A program made the position numbers and the translations under genes. 64,000 nt of DNA from the human T2T-CHM13v2.0 reference genome, Homo sapiens. Below, piece after piece: positions 1 through 15,480 of the stretch. The stretch lies in NCBI RefSeq assembly GCF_009914755.1, contig NC_060928.1; one strand, 5' to 3'. The notes under the pieces were generated by a model. It worked only from the letters and a program-made list of their open reading frames with translations. It was not told the DNA's origin and did no database searches. How positions within the stretch are numbered: position 1 is the stretch's first letter; the number at the start of each line of letters is the position of its first letter.

Positions 1-189
1 ATTATTTTTCTTTTTTATTTCAGATGCATACAATTGATTTAATTCAGATCTTGTTTTTAATATGTATTCACCATTGGACAATGCATGGTTTCTTTAAATT
101 TAATTCAGTTGGAACCTGACGGATGACTTCGGCCTGCTGGCATGCTCTTTTCGTTTTACCGTTCCGTGCGTGCTCCATTCCCCATAGCC

Positions 190-560
190 ATCATCTTGAT
201 TTTGTGTTTATCAATCCATTGCTTTTTTATAATTTTCCTGGATATACATATTTATCTAAAAAATATAACGTTTACATTTGCTTATTTTGAAATTTATTAG
301 AAAATATTATTCTGCATGTAAACTTTAGAGTCATTTTTTTGCCCAATATTTCGTTCCTCATATTTAATCATATTATTACAGATAGCTGTAATTGTTATTG
401 TTTAACACTTCGCTGTGGGAAAATGAAACAGTCTATCTATTCTCCTGTCCATGGCGTATGATTCCTTCTTGATATTATGATCAGTGCTGGTTTGAATATT
501 TTTATGTCTTCTAGTGTGTATGTAATCAACTATATAATCCTGGAAAATAATAAAATGTTT
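190..560 (-). mobile_element. Old, highly diverged L1 (L1ME-type) 3' region fragment
   Basis: T-rich sequence with motifs typical of antisense L1M 3' ends (e.g. 'tattattctgcatgtaaac', 'ctattctcctgtccatgg'); boundaries approximate. Confidence 0.4.
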
Positions 561-1914
561 TAAACTGGTCATTTTTCTCATACATCAACTTCATTTTGGC
601 TTTGCTCAGAATGAATTTCTTAGAAAAAATAGTTATAATTATTAAGAAAACATTAGAAAATATGCTGATATTTTTTCTAAATTAGATTCTTTTTTTTTTG
701 TATATGAAGATATTTCCCTTGAGTTTTTGTCACTTATCATCTGTTTTATTCCCTTGCTTTATTACTGTTTCAAACGAGTCTTTTTTTTTTTGGTTTTGAT
801 TTTGTATTAGGAAATCTTACTAAGTTCATTAGAATTTAATCACTTTTTAGATATTTTCAGAAGCATTAACAAGATATCATTGCATTTTTCATGGCTTATT
901 TGACAATCATCTAAGTTAACAAGGTCATTTGATGATTATTAAGACATTTATATGTAGGAGGTATTCCTCTTTACATCTTTGTAGAATTAAGAAGCTTATT
1001 GTCTTTCTTTCTTTTTTTTTTTAACATAGCACTTAACTAAAGTTAAGTAGTATAATGCCTAAGAACTAGCAATCTGATATCAACTCTCTAATGGAATGAT
1101 GCAGGAAATAATTTAAAATTAAATATGAGGAGCAAAAGAGAAAAGGAGCAATTTAAAATAAAGAATTAAGACAAGCATATTCATCAATTATCACTTGGGC
1201 ACAGTGGAGGAACTGGCCTGAGGGCTATTCAATTTAAAACGTTCCATAGGTACTATTGGATCCCTAAAGCAAAGTATAATAAGGAGTTGGTGTCCCAATT
1301 AAAGTATTGGAAATGTCAGCAAGCTGAAGGGGATGGCTTCATATGGTTTGAGAGACAAGTATGTTGGTAAGGCAGTTCTGGCATGAATTACTTGGAAATA
1401 TTTCAAGAATAATCAGACTGTTTTTCTTAATTTTTAACTTTTGCTTTCTCTTTATTTCCCTAAAGGGATTTATTTGTCCAGTGCCAAAAAGCACTTATTA
1501 TGAATTGACAGTGGACCAGATCATGGTGAAATTGTACAGAAACTTAAATATCTGAAATTCCAAAGGTAGATCTGGCTAGTGAGCCCTTGGGCGATTTAAA
1601 CAATGATTGTACTTTCAAGAGAGAGGAAATCAGCATTATTTCATGTCTTGAAAATGTCTTCTTTCCGAAACAATGTAACTTAATGAATTTGAACATTTTC
1701 TATATTTGAACTTGCATATAGGACTTCTATAATCAAATGAAAAAGTCACCAGTTTCCTAATTGTACCTTTATGAAAAAACTAAAGCAACTAAAATTAAAA
1801 TAATCATTCTAATTTAAGTCATTTATAATAAATTTAACTCATACTTCACAAAATTTCATTTATATATATAAATTTTTAGAAAGCATGACCCCTAATTAAT
1901 CACGAGGACATATC

Positions 1915-2090
1915 CCAGCCGATTACTTGGGGACTCTATCACCTTGGAGAATTTACTTGCCTGTGCCTCAGTTGTCTTTCCTTATGCATGGGTAATACCT
2001 GTACTCACTTCAAGGAAGTTTTATGAGATTTAATATGTTAAAATATTTCAAGACTTTAGAACACTATCTGGCACATAAAGACACAGGAGT
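1915..2090 (+). mobile_element. MIR SINE fragment
   Basis: 'ccttggagaatttacttgcctgtgcctcagttg...ttatgagatttaatatg...tttagaacactatctggcacataa' resembles the MIR core and 3' end. Confidence 0.6.
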
Positions 2091-2269
2091 TATATCTCAT
2101 CATAAGCATAAATTTGTGATTTTGATAATAGTCATGTATTAGAGCTTTTATCATTTAAAATCTTTTATGATTCATTTTTAATTTAAAGCAGCAAATATTG
2201 AACAGAAATAATTAACCAGGAGGGAAAAACCAACTAACATAAAAAATACTCTGTCATGTTTCACAGTAA

Positions 2270-2990
2270 ATTGACAGTAGAGACATTCTCTTCAAGTAAG
2301 ATAAAGGGAAACAACCTTTGCTCTCACAACTTTTATTGTATTTCTTTCTGAAGGGAGCAAATAAAATAGAGCAAGAAAACTGCACTAAAATTTGAAGCAA
2401 TTAGAAAAGAGATTAAATCATCATTTTGGCAGCTAATATCATTAGTGACTTAAGAACTCAAAATCGAAAAATTAAGGAAATTAATAATACATAATATTAG
2501 TGCTGATACAAAATATATATAAAATTACATATTTTTATGTATATTCTTTTCTTAAATGACATAATATTTAAAAAGCTTAAAGCTAAATAATTTACATAAA
2601 TCACCTTGAAGTAACTCAAGAAACAAATTTCTCTATACATCCATTCATCCATCTAACTATGTGATTTTGTTGTTCTCCATGTAAAAAATAAATAAATAGA
2701 AGATAATCTGAATAAGTTAAAAGCATGACAACATTTCAGATGAGAAAATTATATATTTTAAAAGATGTCAACACTAAAGGGTGTTTGCATATGTATGTGT
2801 ATGTTTGTATATGTAAATAAAGAATCTAAAATATTTCCTGGGATTTGGGGGAACCGCAGATAGTGATCTTGCAAACAGCAATTGCAAAAATAAATGTGTG
2901 TGACCTATACTGACAAGGTTGCAAAGAAGTGTAATCAGTTGAAATTTCCATACAACGTAATCAAGGATTATGTTCTATTGCAACATAATG
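2270..2990 (+). mobile_element. Ancient L1M ORF2 remnant
   Basis: A-rich, with degenerate L1 ORF2 phrases ('ctctcacaacttttatt', 'agcaagaaaa', 'aaatcatcattttggcag', 'aaagatgtcaa'); boundaries approximate. Confidence 0.45.
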
Positions 2991-4075
2991 AAGCATATAA
3001 TAAACTAAAATATGCTATTAGATGCTTACAATATTATATAAATTGGAAAAATATGAATACCTTATGAATCAACATTTCTTAAATATGAAAAAGAGTTAAT
3101 TCTGGATCTGTTTTTAAAGATTATACTACTTTTGGTCATACCTTGAGCAACTTCCCCTATCCAAATTCCAAAACCATGGCATTGATAGATAAGTTATAAA
3201 AAGTGATAAGCAAGATATGTCACAGAAGACAAACAGAAAAAGTAAGATGAGCCTTGCCAAAGCCCTCGGCCTACTGGGTCCTGGGGTTTTGAAGCAGTCA
3301 ACATTATGTGACTGGGAATTTGGCTCACATAAAATTCTAAATTGTTCTTCGTTAGTTGGAGGAATGAAGTAAGGTTTATGATTTGAACTGAGGGATTGGT
3401 ATAGCGATCTTTGACATGTGACTGGAGACATAAATAAGAAAGCTATTAATTGGGGGTGCAGCTAATAGGAGATGGGAAGATACTGGCCCAAGCTTGTAGT
3501 TAAGTGCTATGGTAAATGGATGGGTATTTGGATTTTTCAATATTTCCCTAATATTACCCAATATTTCCCAGTGTTAGCTAATGCAGGGACACCAAACTGC
3601 TGATATGAGACCTGGTTTTGCATTCTGAACTTGGGTAGCTATGTAGAATTCATTGTGTAACTACTACACTAAGGGACCATGGAGACAAGTGGTCATAAAT
3701 TAGAAAAAGAGTGACAAAGGGGGGGATTATTTAAAATGTTTCTATAAAGTATCATTTCATAACAAGAAGACAGCTAATATGATTAAAGCCAAATGCATCC
3801 ATAATCAGAAAATTAAATAAAATACCTTAACAACCTGAAAAGTATTTTAAAATGTTTATAGTCCCGAAGTGATAAATGAAGAATAAACATCTTTTATGAA
3901 AGGAATTTATAGAATATAAGCAAATGACAGAAAACAAGAATAGTTAGATAGAAGAAATTCAATTAGAAAAAGCATATATTGAAATATTCCATAGTAAGTA
4001 AAATAATAAAATTATCTGAATACAAAAATAAAACCAATAGTAGAGAAAGAATATTTGAAGGAACAGTAGCTGAGA

Positions 4076-4125
4076 GTTTTGTTTTGTTTTGTTTTGTTTT
4101 GTTTTGTTTTGTTTTGTTTTGTTTT
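4076..4125. repeat. (GTTTT)10 microsatellite
   Basis: Perfect pentanucleotide array read directly. Confidence 0.95.
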
Positions 4126-4555
4126 CTAACATTTGAGGAAATAACTAAGTCCTCACATTGAATGTTAAATGAAATTTAGTATCCACTTGGGCACAGTGGT
4201 GTGAAATGCAGATAATCAAAAATTAAGAGCTTTTCAAGGCTCTGAGGAAAGAAAGATTACCCATAAACAGATGAAAATAGATTGCAACGGATTTCTCAGC
4301 AGTAAAATGATCTCAGAGTGTATAGTATATACATAGAACTGAAGGAAAATACTCACATAAAATATCTTCTCTACTAAAATATTTCAGAATTATACCAAAA
4401 ATAAAGATATTTTCAGAGCAGCTTCAGGGGACTAAACCAATAAAGACCTTTTCTGAAAGATCCGTTCAATATTTTGACTTAACAAAGAGGATATTGAGGC
4501 TATGAATGGCATGGTAACCAAGAAACAGAGGTATCTATAAAAATTGATGAAAAAA

Positions 4556-4877
4556 GGTCAGGCGCGGTGGCTCACACCTGTCATCCCAGCGCTTTGGGAG
4601 GCCGAGGCGGGCGGATCACGAGGTCAGGAAATCGAGACCAACCTGGCCAACACGGTGAAACCCCGTCTCTACTAAAAATACAAAAATTAGCTGGGTGTGG
4701 TGGCGGGCACCTATAGTCCCAGCTACTCAGGAGGAAGAGGCAGGGGAATCGCTGGAACCTAGGAGGTGGAGGTTGCGGTGAGCCGAGATCTCACCACTGC
4801 ACTCCAGCCTGGGCGACAAAGTGAGACTCAGTCTCAATAATAATAATAATAATAATAATAACAACAACTAATAAAAA
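4556..4877 (+). mobile_element. Full-length Alu, AluSc-like, with (AAT)n/(AAC)n tail
   Basis: Both Alu arms; 'gatcacgaggtcagg' 2-nt deletion form; 'gaatcgctggaacc...ggaggttgc' S-type right arm. Confidence 0.92.
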
Positions 4878-5186
4878 GGTATTGGTAAATATAATTACGC
4901 TTTGACAAAGTATTAACTAATTTTTGTGATAAAAAGATGAAACTAAAACTCAAGATAAAATAGTAATCTGGGTCTTCAATTTAGTAGCAGGGTAAACTTT
5001 GCTAAGTTTTTGTCAAGAGGTGAGCCTAAACACTGCATAGTGATGTAGGAACCAAGAAACAGGAGGAGAGAATAAACAAGGAGGGGGAGGAAAAGTGTAA
5101 AAAGAAAACCTAAAATCAGTTTATAAAAGTATTTGCAATTAACAATAAATACAATCAGGTTAAACTCAACTATTAAGAATCCAACT

Positions 5187-5513
<327 letters not shown>

Positions 5514-7353
5514 TTATCTGCAAGCAGTGTCTGAAGAAGTCAGATCACAGACTCCGAGACGCTCGAAGCAGCATATTTGTCATTACTCAGAACTCGTGGG
5601 AAGCGCTGAAGACGTTGATGAAGTGCCACTCCCCAGCCCCTGACATGTAATTTTACGGGTTCATTTTTATAGGTAAGTATAACTCAAGATTTCTTCTACA
5701 CTCCTTTCTGGAACTTGTTTGGGATCCACAGAGGAGGAAACCCTATTTGCATAGAAGTAGACTAATTATAGCATACATTTGAAAAGCAATTAAATATACA
5801 ATTTTAAAGTAGGCAAATTACATCTGGGGCTATAAACAGTATCAACACCACCAACAACAACAGTAAAATGCTCTAGTTGTGCTCCAGCATAGGATTACTA
5901 CTAATCATGAACATTTTTAGTAACTTAAAATTATGAATTTTCATATATTAGAACACAGGTGATTCTAACAGTGAGAACTTAAACAGTCTTTTAATTAAAA
6001 AAAAATCATTTGTACATGCTAAATACATATATTGAAAAAAGTTAAGGATCTATTCAAGTTATTTCATTCTGGTTCAAATATAACACATATAAGTGCATAT
6101 AATGACTATTTGAGTTCACTCTCCCATAATTAGATGAATGGAGAAAGCCACATGCCTATGTTAGTTTTGAAAGTCTCAGAGATGGCTCAATTTGTGATTT
6201 TTAAGCTAACTTATCTTCATTGGCCTCCAAATAAAATAAAGGGGATAAATAGAATTTCTAAAAATTTATTGGTATTAGTGGAGACCTAATAATATGGAGT
6301 CAAGTGAAGAGTAAAGGGATGGACATTTGTAAAGACACCCTGAGAGCATCTGTTGCCCCAGATTTTGAAATCATGTATGCCTAAAGCAGGATAATTTAGT
6401 TTATCTGAATTTGGTTGTGGTGGTGGGGTCATGCAGTAACTGAGTTACAGTTTAGCTAGTTCAACATACATTACTTTATTCAAGTGGTAAGAAACCTAAA
6501 TAAAATAATGTGTATAGCATGATTTATTTTTAATATAAGCATTTAAATATCATATTAACATAATTTATAAGTACCATTATGAGAAAAATAAATATGAAGT
6601 TCACAATCCTAATATCAAAAGCTGAAAATATATATTATATTTGAACACTAGGATTCCAGGTCAGTTTATATATGACACTAGTGTTTTTAAAGCCACTTTG
6701 TGAGAATCATAATATACTTTTTTGTTACTTCATCCTTTACATATTCTGGCAGCTTTCCAGATTTTAGCAAAGAACTCTTTGAGATGTTTGGCTTTGTCAA
6801 AAACTAAATATATTGACAAAGTCTGGAAGAAAGATAAAACATAATAAAGCCATCCAAGAGAGGTGAGCGTGCATTCAAGAGAAGGTTTATGTTATGCAGA
6901 GCAAACTATGTTAAAACAAAATCTATACAGCTAAAAATCCAATGTTTTTGGATTTCTATTCTAATTTCAGTCTAATCTGCTAGGAAGATGAAAGATTCAA
7001 TGTTACTCCTCACTTTGTATTATCACTTCAACTTTAATATGAAAGACTTCGCGGAAGTCAGCACTGGAGCTTTATTTTAGTAACCATAGGGGAACCATTC
7101 TAGGAAATTGTGGAGCCAAAATCCCAATTAGACACGTTCTATATGCCCAAAGTTTATACAAGGATTAAAGTTACCTAGAAGAGCAGAAAACATATGTGTG
7201 ATGGGGATATATACATGATAGAGCCATAGTAAAAACTTACAATGATTATAACTTCTGAAGAAATAATCAGTTTGAACGCGATACAGTATTAAGAGAAATA
7301 ACTATAAAAAATGACCAGACAAGACCAAAATGCTTCTGTCCCCGATGCATTCT

Positions 7354-7409
7354 TTTTTGTAAAATTTCAATCATTTTGGGGTTATAGTTGGTATTTGGTT
7401 ACATGGCTA
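7354..7409 (-). mobile_element. Extremely 5'-truncated L1PB-type insertion (~56 bp)
   Basis: 'tttcaatcattttggggttatagttggtatttggttacatgg' matches the antisense L1PB 3' terminus (compare 41848-41890); TSD cccgatgcattct 7341-7353 / cctaatgcattct 7410-7422. Confidence 0.7.
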
Positions 7410-7956
7410 CCTAATGCATTCTATAATGTGGGAATATTTCTTCTTCTGCACAAAATCATCTTTTTCATAGTACACAACACTCTTTATTAAACCTTCACTG
7501 TGGATAACTCCAAAATTGTCAAAAGGCAGTTGTGTACAAGGCCAATAGACGTTCAAAACATTAGAAAAGTTTTCAGCTGTTTGGTTATCAGTGCATTTGA
7601 CATTTAATTTAACTATTGTAATAGATGATTATACTTAACACTTGTATAGAATAGATTTAAAGTGAAAAAAAAAGGTAAGTTCAAGCTTACTTTCAGGAAC
7701 ATTGAGAAGCTTCAATTACACTTTGGTAATGTATAGTAACCTTATATTTGTAATTTTAATTTTTCGTAGGTATATTTTTATAAAATTAATTTAAGAATTT
7801 TTAATAATTTATAAAACTATCCAGTTTTATAGAAAAAATAATAGTTAGTGTTTGTGACATTATATCTCCCATAGCAGCATTTTTTTTCAAAGAGAATATA
7901 TTGTTCATTGTAAAGTTTATCTTTGTTTAAGGTTTAAGGTTTTAGATATTTTAGAC

Positions 7957-8171
<215 letters not shown>

Positions 8172-9890
8172 TAGACAGTTTTTTTTTTTTTGTTCTTTTT
8201 TTTTTTTTAACAGATGACTTCAGTCAAAAGTTGATATAGCTGATTTTTTTTTTTTCCAATCTTTAGTTTTCCTACACAAAGAATCCATCCTACTTCTGGG
8301 TCCTTCTGATAAGTTCAAATACCTTTTGGGCTTTCTCCTAAGAGCAAATAATCATTTCTCAACTGGTTTGTCAGATTGCAATCTAATTGATAAATTAACA
8401 TTCACTTTTACTCAGCATGATATATCATCTTCCCAGAAAAAATTATATTTCCATTGTGCCAATTCTCCTTAATTATGTACTTCCTGCTATTAAACGTTTG
8501 TAAATGCTACTGGATGGACTCTAGATATAAGTGAGGCAAAAGGAATCTTACATCTGACAAATAGGAAATCTTCCCACATTATAAGCTTTGGTAATGGGAA
8601 ACCCTGTCTACATTTTCTTGCCTCCTATACATGTGCAAGTCAGTAGACTTAAAAATAGTTTTTCACTCTTAAAGGTCTATAAAAATAGTCTTTCATAATT
8701 CATTCAGATTCTATAATCTTTAAGAAATCATAGGACAAAAATGTCATATACAAGGTGTCATTTAAAGAAAGACTTTAGCAGACTGGTCATTTAATAGGAT
8801 ACTGCAACTACACAGAATGTTACTAAAATTGTTCAAGAAAGTTATTCACATGTCTTAAAATATGTCACCTTAAAATATTTTAATACATTCAAGTGTACTA
8901 CACAGCTTTTCTGGTTTATGAGAATATAAATAAATGCTTGATGAAAATACTAACTGTATATGGCATAGAGATGGAAGACAAGAATGAATTTAAGATGATT
9001 TATTTTCCAAGTATATATGGGATTTTATACTATTGGTTTTATTTATTTAAAAATGGTGAAGAGAATCTGGATTTTAGGACAGAAGTAATAATTTTATTCC
9101 TAATCATGCAAGGCATATTTAAAAAATTAACAAATGTGTAAGCCCTAATTAACAGAGCATTTGATCCTTTCTTAACATTTCCAGAGCCAGGTAGCTTTTG
9201 TCCTATGTGTGGTATAATAAAATCCATTATGAGACAATCTTTCTCACAATGCATTCTGTATGTCACTGCTGTACTCACCTTTCCTAAGAACGTCTCAGTT
9301 ACCTCCAGTAGCCCTAAATAAAGCAACCTAAAGTCCTACCTGCACACTGTGACATTAAGGCCCACCAAGCCCTGACTCTAGAGTACTTTTCTCACCTTAA
9401 CTCTCAATATTTCTCAAAAACACATAGTGATTTCCTTGTGTACAATTATATCTCACATGGAAATTCACCTTTGCTTGTATTTGCATGGCATTTTCTTGTC
9501 TATTCAGTCAGTTTTACATCAGATCTTCTTTCTGTCTAAAAACAATTTGTACACATGGGTCTCAATCCACATCCTATTCAGCTTTTTAGACCCATATACA
9601 AGTGTCTGTATGTAGCTCCCTTAATGCATTTAGACAGGACTTTTTTCTTCTCTGCTTTACATTTACTATAGCTTAATAGATGTTTACTAGAATATGCCTT
9701 AAGATCTAGGTATTTTTATGCATATCTTTCTCCCAATATAATTAAGAACTGTGGCAGTATTGTCTTGGAAATTATACCATATATCAAGTAAATATTTCAG
9801 AAGGGAAGGCAGAGGAAAACCTAAAGTCAGGCAATTACATGACCACTTAAACCTGCTTTATAAATGTTGAGAACTGTCTATGGCACATAG

Positions 9891-10152
9891 TGTATTAGGA
9901 AGCATCCAGCACAGGAGGATGATGTAGGCTGGGAGGCTAGACCCATCTCACCTTTTTCATGTCTTTCTGCTTGCTTTATATTCACTGGAAGCTGATTAGA
10001 TTGTGCCCATCAGACTAAGAGTGGATCTGCCCTCCCCAGCCCACTGACTCAAATGTTAATCTCTTTTGGTCAACACCCACACGGACACACTCAGGGTTAG
10101 TACTTTGTGTCCCTCAATCCAATCAAGTTGACACTCAGTATTAACCATCACA
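9891..10152 (-). mobile_element. MLT2A1 (HERV-L) solo LTR with internal deletion, inserted in a MIR 3' end
   Basis: Minus strand starts TGTGATGGTTAATACTGAGTGTCAACTTGATTGGATTG and ends CTAATACA; flanks rejoin as MIR 'tggcacatag-tgagcacttgataaattttagctatt'. Confidence 0.85.
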
Positions 10153-10879
10153 GTGAGCACTTGATAAATTTTAGCTATTTTCTTATATTGTAATTAAAAC
10201 CAATTTAGACACATCTTCAGAAACAATCAGCCCTGTGATTCTATTTCCTTTTAAGTTCATTCAAAGCTCTGTCTGTAAGATGAAACAGTAAATTTCAGAT
10301 GTTTATGCAGTTTTGCTTTAGCTAAATCATTGTCTAGTGTAGAAGTAAAAATGCTCAAATGACAGGTCTCATAGCTTTCATTTTTCAAGTTTTTCCCCAT
10401 TTTGCGGATAAAAGAAATGTTTTTTAACCAAGATAGTGACATCCCACATTTTTGGTAAAGACTTGACCCCTGTTTCCAGGTGGTCCTTAAAACAGTGCCA
10501 CACTTCTTACATATTCCTGTACATCATCTATAAGAGGGATGTGTAGCCTAGAAATAGATGAAACAACAGGTTTCCACAAGGCTACAGACTTTGAGTCAAA
10601 GGACACCATGAAAAAGGGTGTCCTGAATTTATTCTTAGAGACTAATTTCCTTGCCACTGTTGAATTTTGCTTATAGCACCAGAATTTTATTACCACCATT
10701 TTCTTTTTCTGAAATATGTCAAGTATTTGCAAACATAGGAGTAGATGATAGGTGTGATATATTTCAGTGATTTAAAAATAGTAAATTTTCTAAGCCCTTG
10801 AGAAAATTCCTTTTTGTTTTCTTTGGAAAATGTTGAATATGAATCTCACTGAAGTAAAAAACAATTGATTTATGTGCAT

Positions 10880-11258
10880 TGTATAGGTCCGTTCTCACAC
10901 TACTAATAAAGACATCCCCAAGACTGGGTAATTTATAAAGGAGAGAAGTTTAATTGACTCACAGTTCTGCACGTCTGGGAAAGCCTTAGGAAACTTACAA
11001 TCGTGGCAGAACTGGGGATGAACATGTTCTTCCTCACGTTGCGCCAGGAAGGTGAAGATTGAGAGCCAAGTGAAGGGGGGAGCCCCTTATAAAACCATCA
11101 GATCTCCTGAGTACTTACTCACTATCACAAGAATAGCATGGGGGAAACCACTCCCATGATTGAATTACCTCCTATTTGGTCCCTCCCACCATACATGGGG
11201 ATTATGGGAACTACAATTCAAGATGATATTTGGGTGGGAACACAGCCAAACCATATCA
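10880..11258 (-). mobile_element. THE1 solo LTR (ERVL-MaLR), THE1D-like
   Basis: tgtat...ccatatca termini, 379 bp, with 'gccccttataaaaccatcagatctc' and 'actacaattcaagatgatatttgggtggg'. Confidence 0.9.
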
Positions 11259-13894
11259 TGGGTCAAAACAAAAATGAACTGGATATTATTTATAAGTGCT
11301 TCCTCAACCCAATTTGTATTTTTCTTAGGACATTTATTCAACTTCATGAATGTAATACTATGCCAAGTGGTTGTTATGCACTGTGATTATTGGACACAAA
11401 TATTCCTAGGGGTATTACAGACAACTGTTGTGATTAAGTTATTGATAAATTTCACATGAGATCATAACAGTGTTGCATCAAAAATATTAGAAGGCTATTC
11501 ATTATATCCAGGAATATGTAATTTAATTCTTTGACCATCTTTAATTGGCTTAGAATAGTTTCCTTGGAGAATATTTAATAGAGATTACTCAGGAGAGAAA
11601 ACAGAAGAAAATAGGAATGGAATCTACTGGGCACAGCTGAAAGTGCAGTGTTAGGGATCTCCTTGTGTACTAGTCACAGGGTTATTTGGGTAGGGAATCT
11701 ACACAGTGGCTGATAGCCATTCCCTGAGATTTTCTCAGATGAAACATCTTTACAGGCATGACTGTGCATAGAAAGTTGCACCAGCTGTAGAAATTTCACA
11801 CCATCTGACTGAACATAGCCTTATCCCTCAGAGTGTAAATAAACTAACTCAAGATTACTAGCAAATCTGGACCATCCAGATGGCTCCGGCAGACATTTAA
11901 TTGATAAGACAAGGAAACAGCTATTATTTAGGGTATTTTAATTTTATTTTGTGCCATGTTTTCATATATGTGTTTATTGAATGAGTGGAGTTGCTACAAG
12001 TATAATCATGAAACTTAGTTTCTCCTCATGCCACTGTCCTTGAAACATAAAATAGTAGATCTCCCTTTTCTGCTTGGACAATATTTGTGGCAGACCTTGT
12101 GGCAAGTGTGCTTATTTTAGATATTAAGGTCTAATTTGGGGGCATTAAAATATTCATTGTTATTTAAAGGAAAATGTGAGTTTTTCATTCAGTTCAATGC
12201 TTCTCTCCCTACCCTAACTTTATCATGATTCAGTTTCAGAAACCTACATAAAGAAGGGGCACATGGTCACTTTCTTTTGTCTTTTCTTTCCAACTCTTTA
12301 ATAATAATTGTTCTTTAATATTTCTCCTGTATTCAAATTCAGAGAGGAGTTTCCCTAAAAATAAAAGCCAAGTCAAAAGTGACTAGTGTATTTGACATCT
12401 GGCATTGGTGTCTTAGCTGGGATAGATGCCCAAATATGTTTATCTCCCAACGGACTATTCTGTGGGTTGTTCTGAAACTCCCCCACGTGGGAAGCTCTCA
12501 CTGCAATATTTTGTGAAAAGGTCAATATACCTTCTGTATTCTCTTCTCACTTCCTGCTTCTGGTGTTACACCACAGAAAGACTCCTGATGGAGTCTATAC
12601 ACTCATCTCATCAGTGTAACCTTCAAGATAATTCATGTCTTTTTGTTTACCAGGGTCCTCTTGGACCCTGAAAAGAGCTAACACACTTGTTCCTTACCCT
12701 TATTAGTGCTTCTTGCTTCCTCTCTCTAATTCTGTGCCATTTTCCTCTTTCTCCTCAGTTTTACTTTTAAAAGTGTCCATGTCAGAGTCACATACACCAA
12801 ATTCGCTACATGAAGATCTCTAGGTGGTTGATTGAACTGATTTGAAGAAGTTTGAGGTGTAAGGGAGAAATATTTAACATTCTGACAACTCTTTCCAATA
12901 AATACTCACTATACATGTTTCTCTATTTGTAGATAAGCTTTAGGTAGGTGATGGGGTAAAATTTGAAGAACCAGCTTTGGGTCAATCCCTCAGCAAGTCC
13001 TGAATAAATTATCAAGATATTTATCACCAATTGTTCCCATTTCTGTGCCTCAGTTCAAAATGAAATGACAGGGGACATATCTTTTAATATCCTATCACAT
13101 ATATTTCATGTATACGCTGTCTACATGGCAAATGTATCTTCTGTTTGCTTTCTTGTTTTTTGTTTGTTTGTTTGTTTAATATCATCTAATCCTTTATGAA
13201 GGCATTTCAGCATTGAACTGAATTGCCTTCCTGTGCCTCAGGAAAAAATTTAGGCACCTATTGGAGCTGAATTATCTTAGACTATAAATCTCTGAATCCT
13301 TATTGAGCAGAACTATAATCAGGTGAAGTACTTACCGAACCATTCAGACACAAAAATATTTATCTTGGTTGATAAGAAATTTAAAAACAAAATTGATGAT
13401 CATAAGTATGTAGTGCAGCAGAATATATTACAAAAAAGAAAAGGAGAAAGATTTTATATAAGGCTTCTCTGAGATGTAGTAGAAGAACTCCCTCTTTTTT
13501 TGTTTGTATAACTGAGATTTGAAAAATGTCCATAGTGCAAGCTGATAGGTTTCAACTAGTTCTCAATTATGAAGGAAGTTTTTAAATTCTGAATTTTTGT
13601 AGGACTCTAAACAGAGAGAAACTGGAGAGCCAAGGGACGAGAAGTCAAAGTTCAAAAGTGTGACCAAAATTAAGAAATATTACAGGTATATTAAAATTAA
13701 ACAGATTATCAAATTCTGAGTGTAGAAAAAAGGTTAGGTCTGTTTGAGTAAACACATGTTTACTTAAATTATTTTATATATACCAAATATTTATAGATTG
13801 AGTCTAAATTCCAAGAAAGCCACTCTTCAGACAAATTTGAAGATGTTGCCATCATACAAAAGATTTTACATAATCTTTAAACAAAAGCATATAG

Positions 13895-14260
<366 letters not shown>

Positions 14261-14974
14261 TAAACTTAGTAGCTTTAATAAAACACATAAGAATTTTAAA
14301 TATTAACCAGAAAAATTTTTAAAAAATCAATTTATGTCATCCCCACATCACTGTGACCTATCTGTATAATAAATTCATTTAATTCTATTACATTTATTTT
14401 TTATTAGAATGTTGCTATTTACTCTGAAGTGTCAAATGATACACTCATACAATATAGCACCACCAGAAAAATATTTTATAGCAAGAGGAAACATTGAGAA
14501 AATATAGAAAATAGTTCAATTGATTTGACATGAACAAATATCTTTTAAATATGGATTTACTGGTGACCAGAGTCTTTAAGAAAATTTTACATCTATTAAT
14601 GAATATATATATATATGCTAATGAAAAAATATGAGAAATAAATCATGGTCAAGATTTCAAAATTTATAATTTTTAAGATACCACAATTTTCTGGATTTTT
14701 AATGTAGCATTTTATTTAGTCAGGAAAATTTACTGAATGTTTTTGTGCAAGGCCCTGGGAGATGCAAAAATAGGGTAATTTGAAGTCATCGGCCTTCAAA
14801 GAGATAAATTGTTAAACAAACAAGATAAGGTACATGGTGCCTGATTGACAAGGATGGTGATTCAGAGTTACGAGGCAGAAAATGCCACAAGAAACATGAT
14901 GCTTTCCCAATACTTTGCATTTACCTAATAAGTTTTGTAATATGAAATGAGTGGTGGGATCATAATTTTATGAC

Positions 14975-15480
<506 letters not shown>

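Noticed and set aside
8180-8240. Strong polypyrimidine tract plus 'aacag|ATG' resembling a coding exon acceptor (similar sites at ~23510 and ~47746)
   Set aside because: No sustained reading frame or clear partner donor; such tracts are common in AT-rich DNA. lncRNA exons cannot be excluded without expression data
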